Under the pieces are notes generated by a model. That model searched no databases. It was given only the letters and a program-made list of their open reading frames with translations, and had not been told where the DNA came from. Made by a program: the position numbers and the translations under genes. From an uncultured delta proteobacterium (lineage in GTDB: Bacteria > Desulfobacterota > RBG-13-43-22), in NCBI GenBank assembly GCA_963802945.1, contig CAWDKY010000034.1:32001-96000 (forward strand): a DNA stretch of 64,000 bases, read 5' to 3'. How positions within the stretch are numbered: the first letter of the stretch is position 1; the number at the start of each line of letters is the position of its first letter. Shown piece by piece: positions 32,070-40,135 of this stretch.

Positions 32070-32930
32070 TCAGCTTTTGTATTGCTCATCGAGTTTGAGT
32101 TTCTCTTCCAATCCTACCAAGGACACAAACTCATCGAATTGCATTACACGGTCACCAAGTCCCAAAGAATTTCCTTTTTCCAGTAGGTGATCAAAAGCCT
32201 CCGTTATAGCCCGGGCCGCACTGTATATAGCGGTCAAGGGGTAACCAACGCTTATAAATCCCATTTCCTTAATCTCTTCCAACAAAAAGATCGGTGTTTT
32301 CCCACCTTCGATCATATTAGTTGTTGTCGGCGCTTTTATCTCAGATGACACACGCCTCAACTCTTCCTTAGTATTGGCGGCATCCACAAATATTGTATCG
32401 GCACCGGCTTGTCTGTATAAATTTCCACGCCGGATCGCTTCATCAATACCATGCGTCGCAAGAGAATCAGTCCTGGCAACAATTATCAGGGGCCTATCGC
32501 CTCGAGTTTCCACTGCCGCTTTTATTTTCTGAACGTGTTCTTCTGCATCGACCACAGATTTCCCGCGCATGTGCCCGCAACGCTTCGGCCACGTCTGATC
32601 TTCAAAGATGACTCCAGCGGCACCCATCGATATTAATTCCTCAACTACTTGCATAACATTTAGCGGCCCGCCGTAGCCTGTGTCACCATCAACAATAACC
32701 GGAATGCTTACTGCTCTGATAATTCTTCGAGCCACATCCATTACTTCGGTCTTCGTCAAGAGACCGACATCAGGCTCACCCAGAAGCGAAGCAGCGACTG
32801 CATAGCCGGAAATGAGAACCGCTTTAAATCCCGCCCTCTCCGCGATTTTTGCGCTGAGTGCGTCGTAAACTCCCGCGGTAAAAAAAATGCCCCCACTTGC
32901 TATCAACGGATGGATACGGCTCTTGACCAT
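32070..32930 (-). CDS. Isocitrate lyase/PEP mutase family C-C lyase (PrpB/Dml-like), copy 2, intact
   Basis: DGDTGYG, EDQTWPKRCGHM, ARTD; close paralog of 27782..28638. Confidence 0.92.
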   Translation of the reverse strand: MVKSRIHPLIASGGIFFTAGVYDALSAKIAERAGFKAVLISGYAVAASLLGEPDVGLLTKTEVMDVARRIIRAVSIPVIVDGDTGYGGPLNVMQVVEELISMGAAGVIFEDQTWPKRCGHMRGKSVVDAEEHVQKIKAAVETRGDRPLIIVARTDSLATHGIDEAIRRGNLYRQAGADTIFVDAANTKEELRRVSSEIKAPTTTNMIEGGKTPIFLLEEIKEMGFISVGYPLTAIYSAARAITEAFDHLLEKGNSLGLGDRVMQFDEFVSLVGLEEKLKLDEQYKS

Positions 32931-32988
32931 CTTTATGCCTCCTCGGTTACTTTTTCGGATTTTTTGATAAGACTTTGTGAATAAAAAG

Positions 32989-33016
32989 AGTATAAAATTA
33001 AAAAAAGGCGTGTCAA
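32989..33016 (-). promoter_or_regulatory. Putative sigma70 promoter of lyase copy 2
   Basis: TTGACA-16-TATACT on the minus strand. Confidence 0.5.
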
Positions 33017-33255
33017 GGAGAAAAAAGGGGAGAAAGACAAATATTTGGAGGACGTCTTTTGGAGAAAAAGGGACTATGCAAGATTTGACTTTGCAAATTG
33101 ATTACCTTTTGTAATGCTTCATAAAGAGCCAAATTTTAAATTAACATTTTCAGAAGTTGTGATCCAAAAACATAGTAGCAGGAACCTTAAATCGTCACTT
33201 TCCCGCTCCACTTTGTTATTATTTGTTAAACCAGAAGGATTTTCTTCTGATCCGT

Positions 33256-34530
33256 TTACATCATCCAGTTGGGCCTTTCGGCAATCCATTGTTGAACCGT
33301 TAGGTGCAACCAATCTTCCAATGCGCGGGTCATATAAAAGGTAGGGAAAAGTAAATTGGTTTTTTCAATAATCATCCCCTCCTGAAGGGCGATCCGGGCC
33401 AGGAGTGTTTTGGGATAAATTCGGATTCCTATGGTTATTTTGACGGCCTCGAGGTGCAAAGAATCGGCAAAGGTCAAGCTTTCTTCCACTGTTTCCTTGG
33501 TTTCGCCCGGCCCACCCAATAATAGGAAGCCCATCCGTCCGATGCCCTGATCGCCGAGCATTTGGGAAGTTTGACGAACATCCTGAAGAGAAAAATGCTT
33601 GTTCAGAGCCTGAAGCACGCTTTTGGAACCACTTTCAAACCCGATGCTGGCGCCGATACATCCTGCCTCGGCCATTAACCTAGCCAACTCCCAATCGACT
33701 TTCCCGGGATAGGGGATGCATTGCCAACGGGGCTTTGATGAAAGACCCTTTAGTTGGCGGCATAAGGCTTTGGCATAGTCAGGAGGAAGATTAAAGGTGT
33801 TGTCGGTAAAATAAAACTTCCTGAGTCCGGCCCTCATCTGGTTGTTGATGTCCTCAGTCACCGACTCCGGTGAACGCTTGCGAATCGTTCTTCCTTCTAT
33901 CATCGCTGTAGAGCAGTAACTGCAATCCATGGGACAGCCCCGCCTGGTCTGCACGGTCATCCAGTATTCCGGGAGATTGCTGCCGGATGGGAACCAGGAA
34001 AAGACATCCTGCCAGGGCAGGGAATCCAATTTGGAGACAAAGGTCCTTTTGCCCTGAAGACCTTTGCCACGAAGATATAAACCCGGGAGTTCGGAAAGAT
34101 CTTCTTTTCGATTGAGCCGGTCCAACAGGAGGGGGAACACGCCTTCTCCCTCCCCCTGAATGCCCATGTCGGCCTCCAGGTATTCGAGGGCCTGTTCGGG
34201 AAAAATGCTGAAGCCGGCCCCGCCAAGAATGAGAGGGACAGGAGAGAGTCGGCGGCACAGGGAAACAATCTCTTTGGTCCGGTCCAAAAGAAATCGGGCC
34301 GGTTCCATCTTCTGATCATCGATGTTTCTGATTGACAGGCCGATTGCTTCGGGATCAAAGATGTTGATGGCCTTTTGGAGGGATTCCTCGGGAGTCTCCT
34401 CTTCCATCAGGTCTAAAAGCTCCACATCATGCCCTGCCTTCTTCGTGGCGGCGGCCACACAGGCCAACCCCAAAGGCAGGACCCGCATGTTGATCTCTTC
34501 CCGATTGGCCGAAATTAATAGTACCCGCAT
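33256..34530 (-). CDS. B12-binding-domain radical SAM protein
   Basis: PLGLACVA..SIRNIDD B12-binding N-domain; QTRRGCPMDCSYC. Confidence 0.9.
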   Translation of the reverse strand: MRVLLISANREEINMRVLPLGLACVAAATKKAGHDVELLDLMEEETPEESLQKAINIFDPEAIGLSIRNIDDQKMEPARFLLDRTKEIVSLCRRLSPVPLILGGAGFSIFPEQALEYLEADMGIQGEGEGVFPLLLDRLNRKEDLSELPGLYLRGKGLQGKRTFVSKLDSLPWQDVFSWFPSGSNLPEYWMTVQTRRGCPMDCSYCSTAMIEGRTIRKRSPESVTEDINNQMRAGLRKFYFTDNTFNLPPDYAKALCRQLKGLSSKPRWQCIPYPGKVDWELARLMAEAGCIGASIGFESGSKSVLQALNKHFSLQDVRQTSQMLGDQGIGRMGFLLLGGPGETKETVEESLTFADSLHLEAVKITIGIRIYPKTLLARIALQEGMIIEKTNLLFPTFYMTRALEDWLHLTVQQWIAERPNWMM

Positions 34531-34680
34531 GGATTTTTCTTAATAAGGAGGTTAGATTTTATAGCCTTTGATATTGTAGTTTCATAGATAAGTAAAAAAC
34601 ATTATTAAACACCATGAAACCGAAGATATCCCCGGGAGGTGAAAGTCGTCTCTGGAGATCCGAGACATCGCCTGGTTAAG

Positions 34681-35292
34681 CTATTCCTTCCTGGTCTTCT
34701 TCACGTCTACTCTCACTGGTTCCCCTTTTGAGTTTCGATTCTGCACAGGCCGCCATGTTATGGGCAGTATTAAGTCACCACTATTACATTTTTCTAACTC
34801 TTTGCACACGTTCTCTAAGAATCGCCTGCGCGGCTTCAGGGAAGCTCTCGAATCCACATCGACAGGATCTTTGATATACCATTCGATAGTTAATTTGAAC
34901 AATGAAAAGTGAAGTAACTCCCCGAGCTCCCCATGCCTTTTTGCTAAGGTTCTTGTTATGGGTGTAAAACGGAAACCAAATCCATCTCTACTGCCGGTCT
35001 TCTTTACAACTAAGACATAGTCTTCCTCAGCTTCCGGACACATCTTCAAAAGTTCCGCTAATAGCTTTTTTGACTGATACTCCTTTTGCAATACCGATCG
35101 CTTGTTATTTGCAGAATAAGCAGCATCAAGTGACTCATAAAGTTTAGATTCTATTCCCATGCGTAATTCAAGAGCAGCATACAACAATCTGGAGATATCT
35201 TCTTCCTTATCGAAAAGTTTCAGTTGTTGCTGAGCACGTTCAAGAAAAGACAATGAATCAATATCGTAATTAAAAAATGGATTGCCGGTCAT
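34681..35292 (-). CDS. Hypothetical protein, possibly HEPN-like; last gene of the cassette array
   Basis: Helical 203-aa ORF with YAALELRMGIE and LGELLH; followed by the attC-start-like GCTTAACCAGGCGATG. Confidence 0.65.
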   Translation of the reverse strand: MTGNPFFNYDIDSLSFLERAQQQLKLFDKEEDISRLLYAALELRMGIESKLYESLDAAYSANNKRSVLQKEYQSKKLLAELLKMCPEAEEDYVLVVKKTGSRDGFGFRFTPITRTLAKRHGELGELLHFSLFKLTIEWYIKDPVDVDSRASLKPRRRFLENVCKELEKCNSGDLILPITWRPVQNRNSKGEPVRVDVKKTRKE

Positions 35293-35361
35293 ATCTCCCT
35301 GCTTATTTTTAAAGCTCTTAGGTGTGCAACACTTCTGTGTCTCTCGGAGATGCTTGGTGAC

Positions 35362-36270
35362 CTATTTCACTTTTCTCCTGGCAGGTTTCACTTCATATAA
35401 AGCTTGATCTTCCTTGACCACGAAAGCTCCTTCCGTGGAGGCTTTTTCAAAAATGAGTTCCGCGCTGGAGAAAAGGTTCGTTGTCTCCGCTTTCAAATAC
35501 CGTGCTGTCATCCGACAATATTCGGGATCAACTTCCACTCCGATGCTGTTGCGGCCCATTTGAAAGGCCGCGATCATCGTCGTACCAGACCCACAGAATG
35601 GATCAAGCACAGTGTCCCCCTCAAAAGAAAACATTCTTACTAATCGGGTAGCCAGTTCCAGAGGAAAGGGCGCAGGATGGTGCTTAGTCGATGCCCCCGG
35701 GATGTTCCATATTTGTTGGAACCATTGATCAAACTCATTTTTTGAGATCCTGCTGGCATCACGCTGAGCGATGGATGGTTTCCGGTAACCTCCCGGTTTC
35801 CGCTGCATGAGGATAAATTCCATGTCGTTCTTAATGATCGCGTTGGGTTCATAGGGCTTACCCAAGAACTTGGATCCGTTGGCCACCTCATAGGATGCAT
35901 TGGCGATTTTGTGCCAGATGATGGGATTTAGATTATCAAAACCGATCCTCCGGCAGATTACGCAGATATCCGCATGGAGGGGAAACACCAAATGGCGCCC
36001 AAAATCGCGCCTGGCAACACAGACATCCCCGACTACGCACACCAAACGTCCACCAGGAACAAGGATTCGGTAAACGTGCCGCCAGACTTTTTCCAACTCA
36101 AGCAGGAATGCTTCGTAATCCTGAATATGGCCGAGCTGGGCGGAGTTCTCGTTGTACCGTTTAAGGTTCCAGTAAGGGGGCGAGGTCACAACGAGATGAA
36201 CCGAACCATCATCGAGAAAGGAGAGGTCCCGCGAATCGCCATTGATCAGTCTATGAACAGTAGTTTCCAT
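35362..36270 (-). CDS. Site-specific DNA methyltransferase, N4/N6 beta class
   Basis: VTSPPY N-terminal; HPAPFP and LDPFCGSGTT C-terminal. Confidence 0.93.
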   Translation of the reverse strand: METTVHRLINGDSRDLSFLDDGSVHLVVTSPPYWNLKRYNENSAQLGHIQDYEAFLLELEKVWRHVYRILVPGGRLVCVVGDVCVARRDFGRHLVFPLHADICVICRRIGFDNLNPIIWHKIANASYEVANGSKFLGKPYEPNAIIKNDMEFILMQRKPGGYRKPSIAQRDASRISKNEFDQWFQQIWNIPGASTKHHPAPFPLELATRLVRMFSFEGDTVLDPFCGSGTTMIAAFQMGRNSIGVEVDPEYCRMTARYLKAETTNLFSSAELIFEKASTEGAFVVKEDQALYEVKPARRKVK

Positions 36271-36274
36271 ATAT

Positions 36275-37012
36275 TTATATAACTCCCATCAAATGGGCCA
36301 CAAGAACTCTAGCGAATCGTTCAAGGGAGAGGTCGTCCGCCGGTGTCGAAAAACGTCCCTCAATTCCACTATCAGCCGTTGAGGCAATAAAGGCTGCCGC
36401 TGTATAGTGCCGCTCAAGCACGAGTTTCCGACAGAAGAGTTCATACCGACGCATATATGAAGCATTCCTGAATTCCGGGAAAACCTTGAAATGCGGCTCC
36501 TGCACCTTGACCGGTCGGTTAGATGCTTCGCAGTCTTCCAGCATGAAGAAGTAACCTAAAAATGGCTGGGGGCTTGTCAGATAAGCGCGTTCCCGAAAAG
36601 CCGTCCATAGATCGATGGCGCTTCCCATCGCCTCTTCGGTCCTGTTGTTGAAGTTGTTGCCGAAAGAGGGGCCGACCTGTGACTTCGCCTCAATGGCAAC
36701 GAGAAGCATTTCCTCACGCACCACAAGCAGATCCCATTCTTTGGTTGGGCGGAAGAATCCTGGAAGTTCGACGGCTTTCTTTCTGAAAACATAAAGATCG
36801 GGAATGCCGGAATCCGTGATGAGTTCCGTGAAAAGGTCGATAAAGCCATCCATCTGCGCACCCCCGGTCACTGCGCTGCGTAGCCCCTGATCAGCTCTTC
36901 CAGTCTGCTTCTGTTTGTCCCTCTGCCCTGCCCGCGTTTTCCAATAGTGGGCCACCGCTAAGCCGGCACGATCAGTCAGGTCCCGCAGTCTCTCATCCCG
37001 CTTTATGCTCAT
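36275..37012 (-). CDS. Type II restriction endonuclease, PaeR7I/XhoI family
   Basis: RSAVTGG.QMDGF, LPGFFRPTKEWD, EAKSQVGPSFGNNFNNRTEEAMG. Confidence 0.88.
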   Translation of the reverse strand: MSIKRDERLRDLTDRAGLAVAHYWKTRAGQRDKQKQTGRADQGLRSAVTGGAQMDGFIDLFTELITDSGIPDLYVFRKKAVELPGFFRPTKEWDLLVVREEMLLVAIEAKSQVGPSFGNNFNNRTEEAMGSAIDLWTAFRERAYLTSPQPFLGYFFMLEDCEASNRPVKVQEPHFKVFPEFRNASYMRRYELFCRKLVLERHYTAAAFIASTADSGIEGRFSTPADDLSLERFARVLVAHLMGVI

Positions 37013-37095
37013 GTAGTATATGCTTTACCTTTCTCTTTCAATTGGTCAATGGTGCACATCAGGCACCGCCGGTTTTTGCACGGTAACTTCAATAA

Positions 37096-37170
37096 CCATA
37101 ACGCCTGCTCGCCCCAAGAAGTTGGTATACCCACGCCGAAGACGGTCGGTTGGATTCGGTGGTTGAGCTG
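37096..37170 (-). other. attC-like integron recombination site, apparently chimeric
   Basis: Directly after the HNH gene stop: R'' CAGCTCAAC ... R' GTTATGG. The inner arms do not pair. Confidence 0.6.
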
Positions 37171-37172
37171 CC

Positions 37173-37889
37173 TTATGGTAAATCATAGAAGCGTTGTGGT
37201 AAGTCAGGATTGAGGTCATGAGCTAATTCAAGGATTTTTTGACGTTGAAAATCCATTTCATGAGCTGCGGGACCTGATAGGAAATATACAGGACAATCTG
37301 GATCATTGCAGCCGCAATGCTTAATCTCACCCGAACGCATGAACTTGTCAAAAGATGCACGAAGGGCCACTATCTTTTCTACAAGGGTGTCAATTTTTGA
37401 CCTGAGTAAAGCGTCGCGAATATGGTTCTTCGAAGGCAATTGTACGCCCTCCGGAGTCTTGCCTGTGTTTAGCGTTTCTATTGTCTCAGCGAGTGCATTT
37501 CGGAAGCGAGGTAATGAACTCTCTGAATGAAAAGGTGTTCGGAATGCAGGGCGATCGATCACCACCGTCAATGCAGCAACGATATCTGCGTCAGAACGAG
37601 GAAGTTTTTCAGAAACGAAGGTCCTAAGTTGGTTACGATAACGCTTTACCTCAGCTTTTGTCAATCCCTTTGACTGGTTTGTGCGAGAATCATACTGGTC
37701 ATGGTGATCGAAGCATAGAAATGCCAGGTTATCAATTGTATTATTCGACGGATCATGGTCGAGGTGGGTGATCTGGCCTTTTTTTTCGGCTTCATCACCA
37801 TGAAGAGCATAACACACGCAACAGCGACGCCGTGATGATATGATAACGTCGGTCTCGATTGTTGATGGAAGCTTTACACGATTTCTCAT
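37173..37889 (-). CDS. HNH endonuclease-like protein with a C-terminal extension (cassette gene)
   Basis: RRRCCVC...QITHLDHDPSNN.IDNLAFLCFDHH; C-terminal CGCNDPDC. Confidence 0.75.
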   Translation of the reverse strand: MRNRVKLPSTIETDVIISSRRRCCVCYALHGDEAEKKGQITHLDHDPSNNTIDNLAFLCFDHHDQYDSRTNQSKGLTKAEVKRYRNQLRTFVSEKLPRSDADIVAALTVVIDRPAFRTPFHSESSLPRFRNALAETIETLNTGKTPEGVQLPSKNHIRDALLRSKIDTLVEKIVALRASFDKFMRSGEIKHCGCNDPDCPVYFLSGPAAHEMDFQRQKILELAHDLNPDLPQRFYDLP

Positions 37890-37904
37890 AGTTCAACCCT
37901 TTGT

Positions 37905-37967
37905 CAGCCCAACGATCAGGGTGAGGCGCGCAGCTTTTCCGCGTTGCCTACACCCTGTTTTTCGCTG
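37905..37967 (-). other. attC integron recombination site
   Basis: Plus (bottom) strand folds as CAGCCCAAC-gat-CAGGGTG-AGGC...GCCT-a-CACCCTG-ttt-TTCGCTG, with one extrahelical base; R' is GTTGGGC. Confidence 0.8.
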
Positions 37968-37979
37968 GCGGTACGCAGT

Positions 37980-39050
37980 TTACCCGTTGTCGCCACGCGG
38001 CATTCTAACATATTCGCCCAATTCATTTAACCACTCTGTCGCATCAATCGGCTTCCCAAGAGAAATAACAGCAAGGCGTGATGGTGCTCCACCTCCCATG
38101 AGAATACGAACAGCCTCGGATTTAGAACGGGCCATGACACCGCTTTCAGCTCCGGGGTCGGCCAATGCAAAGGTAATAAAAATTGAGAAATCGAATGAGT
38201 CATTATCAACGTTGCTGGCGGACTCAATTCCAAGATCTTTCTTCAGCCGCTTGCTTTCTTCCATTGCCTTTTCGGCATTGGTCACATGTTGCTCAAACGC
38301 AGTTGCGGGTGCTACGGATGGAGGGCGACGCCATTCTTGACGATCTTGACCGTGATAAAAGAGATAGTAGCCAAGGCCATCGGTACGAAGGAGCGCCTTT
38401 GTTTGATCAAGGTCAATTGTGGCGGAGTTGCTTGGTGGAACTTTCTTTGCCTGAAACCGTGCGGCCTTAAAAAACTCACTGTCTCCGGCGTACTGGCCGT
38501 TAATAATAATACCAAGATCAGCACCAGTGTCTTTCTCACGATTTCCAGTTGCCGTGTCTGCATACCACACGTCAAGCCACGATATGTTCGGATCGCTCCC
38601 TGAAAGAGCATTCCAATGACCTTCGAATTCACAGATACGTTCGCAAATCTGCGAAACAAAGTGACCAGTTAGCCGTTCTTCGTGGCTCCAAAATGGAAGG
38701 TATCGTTTGACGAATTCGTGCTCGCTTTTTACGAGAGCCCAAAACAGTGCCCATATGCAATTTGGCTGATAGATTTCCGGTTTCACTAAATTACGAATGA
38801 AATGCGCGTGGTTGTAATACCCGCCGTGCCGCATCGCGAAATGGAGGTATTCAGGGTCAATTGCCCAGTATAGATTTGACACATCGCTTGATGGGGGGGG
38901 AGCCAGTAGAGACGAACGTACAATTAGACGGTGGGATCGCTCAAAAAGTGTGCGGTACTTACTAAATGAGCCAAAACCTACGCGAGATTGGATTGCTGGG
39001 TCGGCAATCGACAACGCAATCTTTGCATAGGAAGCTGAATCTATAGTCAT
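37980..39050 (-). CDS. Hypothetical protein with a PD-(D/E)xK-like nuclease motif (cassette gene)
   Basis: EERLTG...EKDTGADLG...FQAKK pattern. Confidence 0.65.
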   Translation of the reverse strand: MTIDSASYAKIALSIADPAIQSRVGFGSFSKYRTLFERSHRLIVRSSLLAPPPSSDVSNLYWAIDPEYLHFAMRHGGYYNHAHFIRNLVKPEIYQPNCIWALFWALVKSEHEFVKRYLPFWSHEERLTGHFVSQICERICEFEGHWNALSGSDPNISWLDVWYADTATGNREKDTGADLGIIINGQYAGDSEFFKAARFQAKKVPPSNSATIDLDQTKALLRTDGLGYYLFYHGQDRQEWRRPPSVAPATAFEQHVTNAEKAMEESKRLKKDLGIESASNVDNDSFDFSIFITFALADPGAESGVMARSKSEAVRILMGGGAPSRLAVISLGKPIDATEWLNELGEYVRMPRGDNG

Positions 39051-39062
39051 ATTTTTTCTCCT

Positions 39063-39124
39063 CAGCGAACAATTAATATACGAAGTTCGTTTTTTGTGTC
39101 TCTTTTTGTATATAGTATAACATG
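39063..39124 (-). promoter_or_regulatory. attI-like site and putative cassette promoter
   Basis: Minus strand: TG-T-TATACT extended -10 (39122-39114), then ...CGTATATTAATT-G/TTCGCTG, whose TTCGCTG complements the R'' of the first attC. Confidence 0.55.
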
Positions 39125-39313
39125 TTTTCTGGATTAATAAACGATAAAAATATGCGATTATAGATAGTTATATGTGTGTCTGGCTTCAAATTTTATGATA
39201 ATATGGAAGAAAGGGGATATTCGGAATAGTTGAAAATTATGCCTGATTGTCTAAATTCCTCCATCCCTACCCGGGTAATAGGGTGCTGGTTTTCCCCCAA
39301 TGCTGATTCTTAT

Positions 39314-39973
39314 TCAGCAACTGTCCATCTCTTTTCTGAATTTGGCAATGGTCTCCCGGTAATCCTTGGTATGAAAGACGGCCGAACCGGCCACGACCAC
39401 ATCGGCTCCGGCCTTACAGACCAAAGCCACATTATCCGGCGTGATCCCCCCATCGACCTCGATATCCACCTTGAGTCTCTTCCCGCTTATCATGGCCTTG
39501 AGGGCTTGAATCTTTTTCACTGATTCGGGAATAAATTTCTGGCCCCCGAAACCGGGATTGACGCTCATGATTAAGGCCATGTTCACTTCGTCCAGAATCT
39601 GATCCAGGAAAGAAACAGGAGTGGATGGATTGATGACCACCACTGGTTTGGCTTTATGTTCCCTGATCAAGGTGATGGTGCGGTGCAGGTGCGGGCAGGT
39701 TTCAAAATGAACGGCCAGAAAATCCGCGCCGGCCTTGGCAAAATCAGAGATATATCGGTCCGGATTTTCGATCATCAAATGGACATCCAAAGGAAGTTTG
39801 GTGATCTTTCGAACGGCTTCCACCACCACCGGACCGATGGTTATATTAGGCACAAAATGGCCGTCCATGACATCCACATGGATATAATCGGCCCCGGCCG
39901 CTTCCACGGCCTGGACCTCTTCTTTCAATCTCCCAAAATCGGCTGAAAGTATTGAGGGGGCTATGCGTTTCAT
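39314..39973 (-). CDS. rpe: Ribulose-phosphate 3-epimerase
   Basis: IAPSILSADF, HVDVMDGHFVPNIT, MSVNPGFGGQ, EVDGG. Confidence 0.98.
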   Translation of the reverse strand: MKRIAPSILSADFGRLKEEVQAVEAAGADYIHVDVMDGHFVPNITIGPVVVEAVRKITKLPLDVHLMIENPDRYISDFAKAGADFLAVHFETCPHLHRTITLIREHKAKPVVVINPSTPVSFLDQILDEVNMALIMSVNPGFGGQKFIPESVKKIQALKAMISGKRLKVDIEVDGGITPDNVALVCKAGADVVVAGSAVFHTKDYRETIAKFRKEMDSC

Positions 39974-40036
39974 AGATATTGTCACCTCGATCAAAAATTT
40001 ATCTAAATTGATTTTTTATCAAAGCTCTCTTTTTTA

Positions 40037-40082
40037 TTCTGGAGTTAAAAAAATCTATTACTCTGAACTCCGAACTCTGAAC
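40037..40082. repeat. Short heptamer array (CTCTGAA type)
   Basis: ctctgaa ctccgaa ctctgaa, preceded by a partial complementary ttctggagt. Confidence 0.45.
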
Positions 40083-40135
40083 ATGTTTTTGATATCATAC
40101 AATCCTAACTTACTTCTTTAAAGTACGCGGGAGAC

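Noticed and set aside
35293-35361. Possible attC between the MTase and the 203-aa gene
   Set aside because: Only a GTTGCAC core-like word is present, with no matching R'' or stem, so it was not called as a site.
39077-39087. AACTTCGTATA on the minus strand, resembling a loxP arm or dif half-site
   Set aside because: No second inverted arm at the right spacing; better explained as part of the attI-like site.
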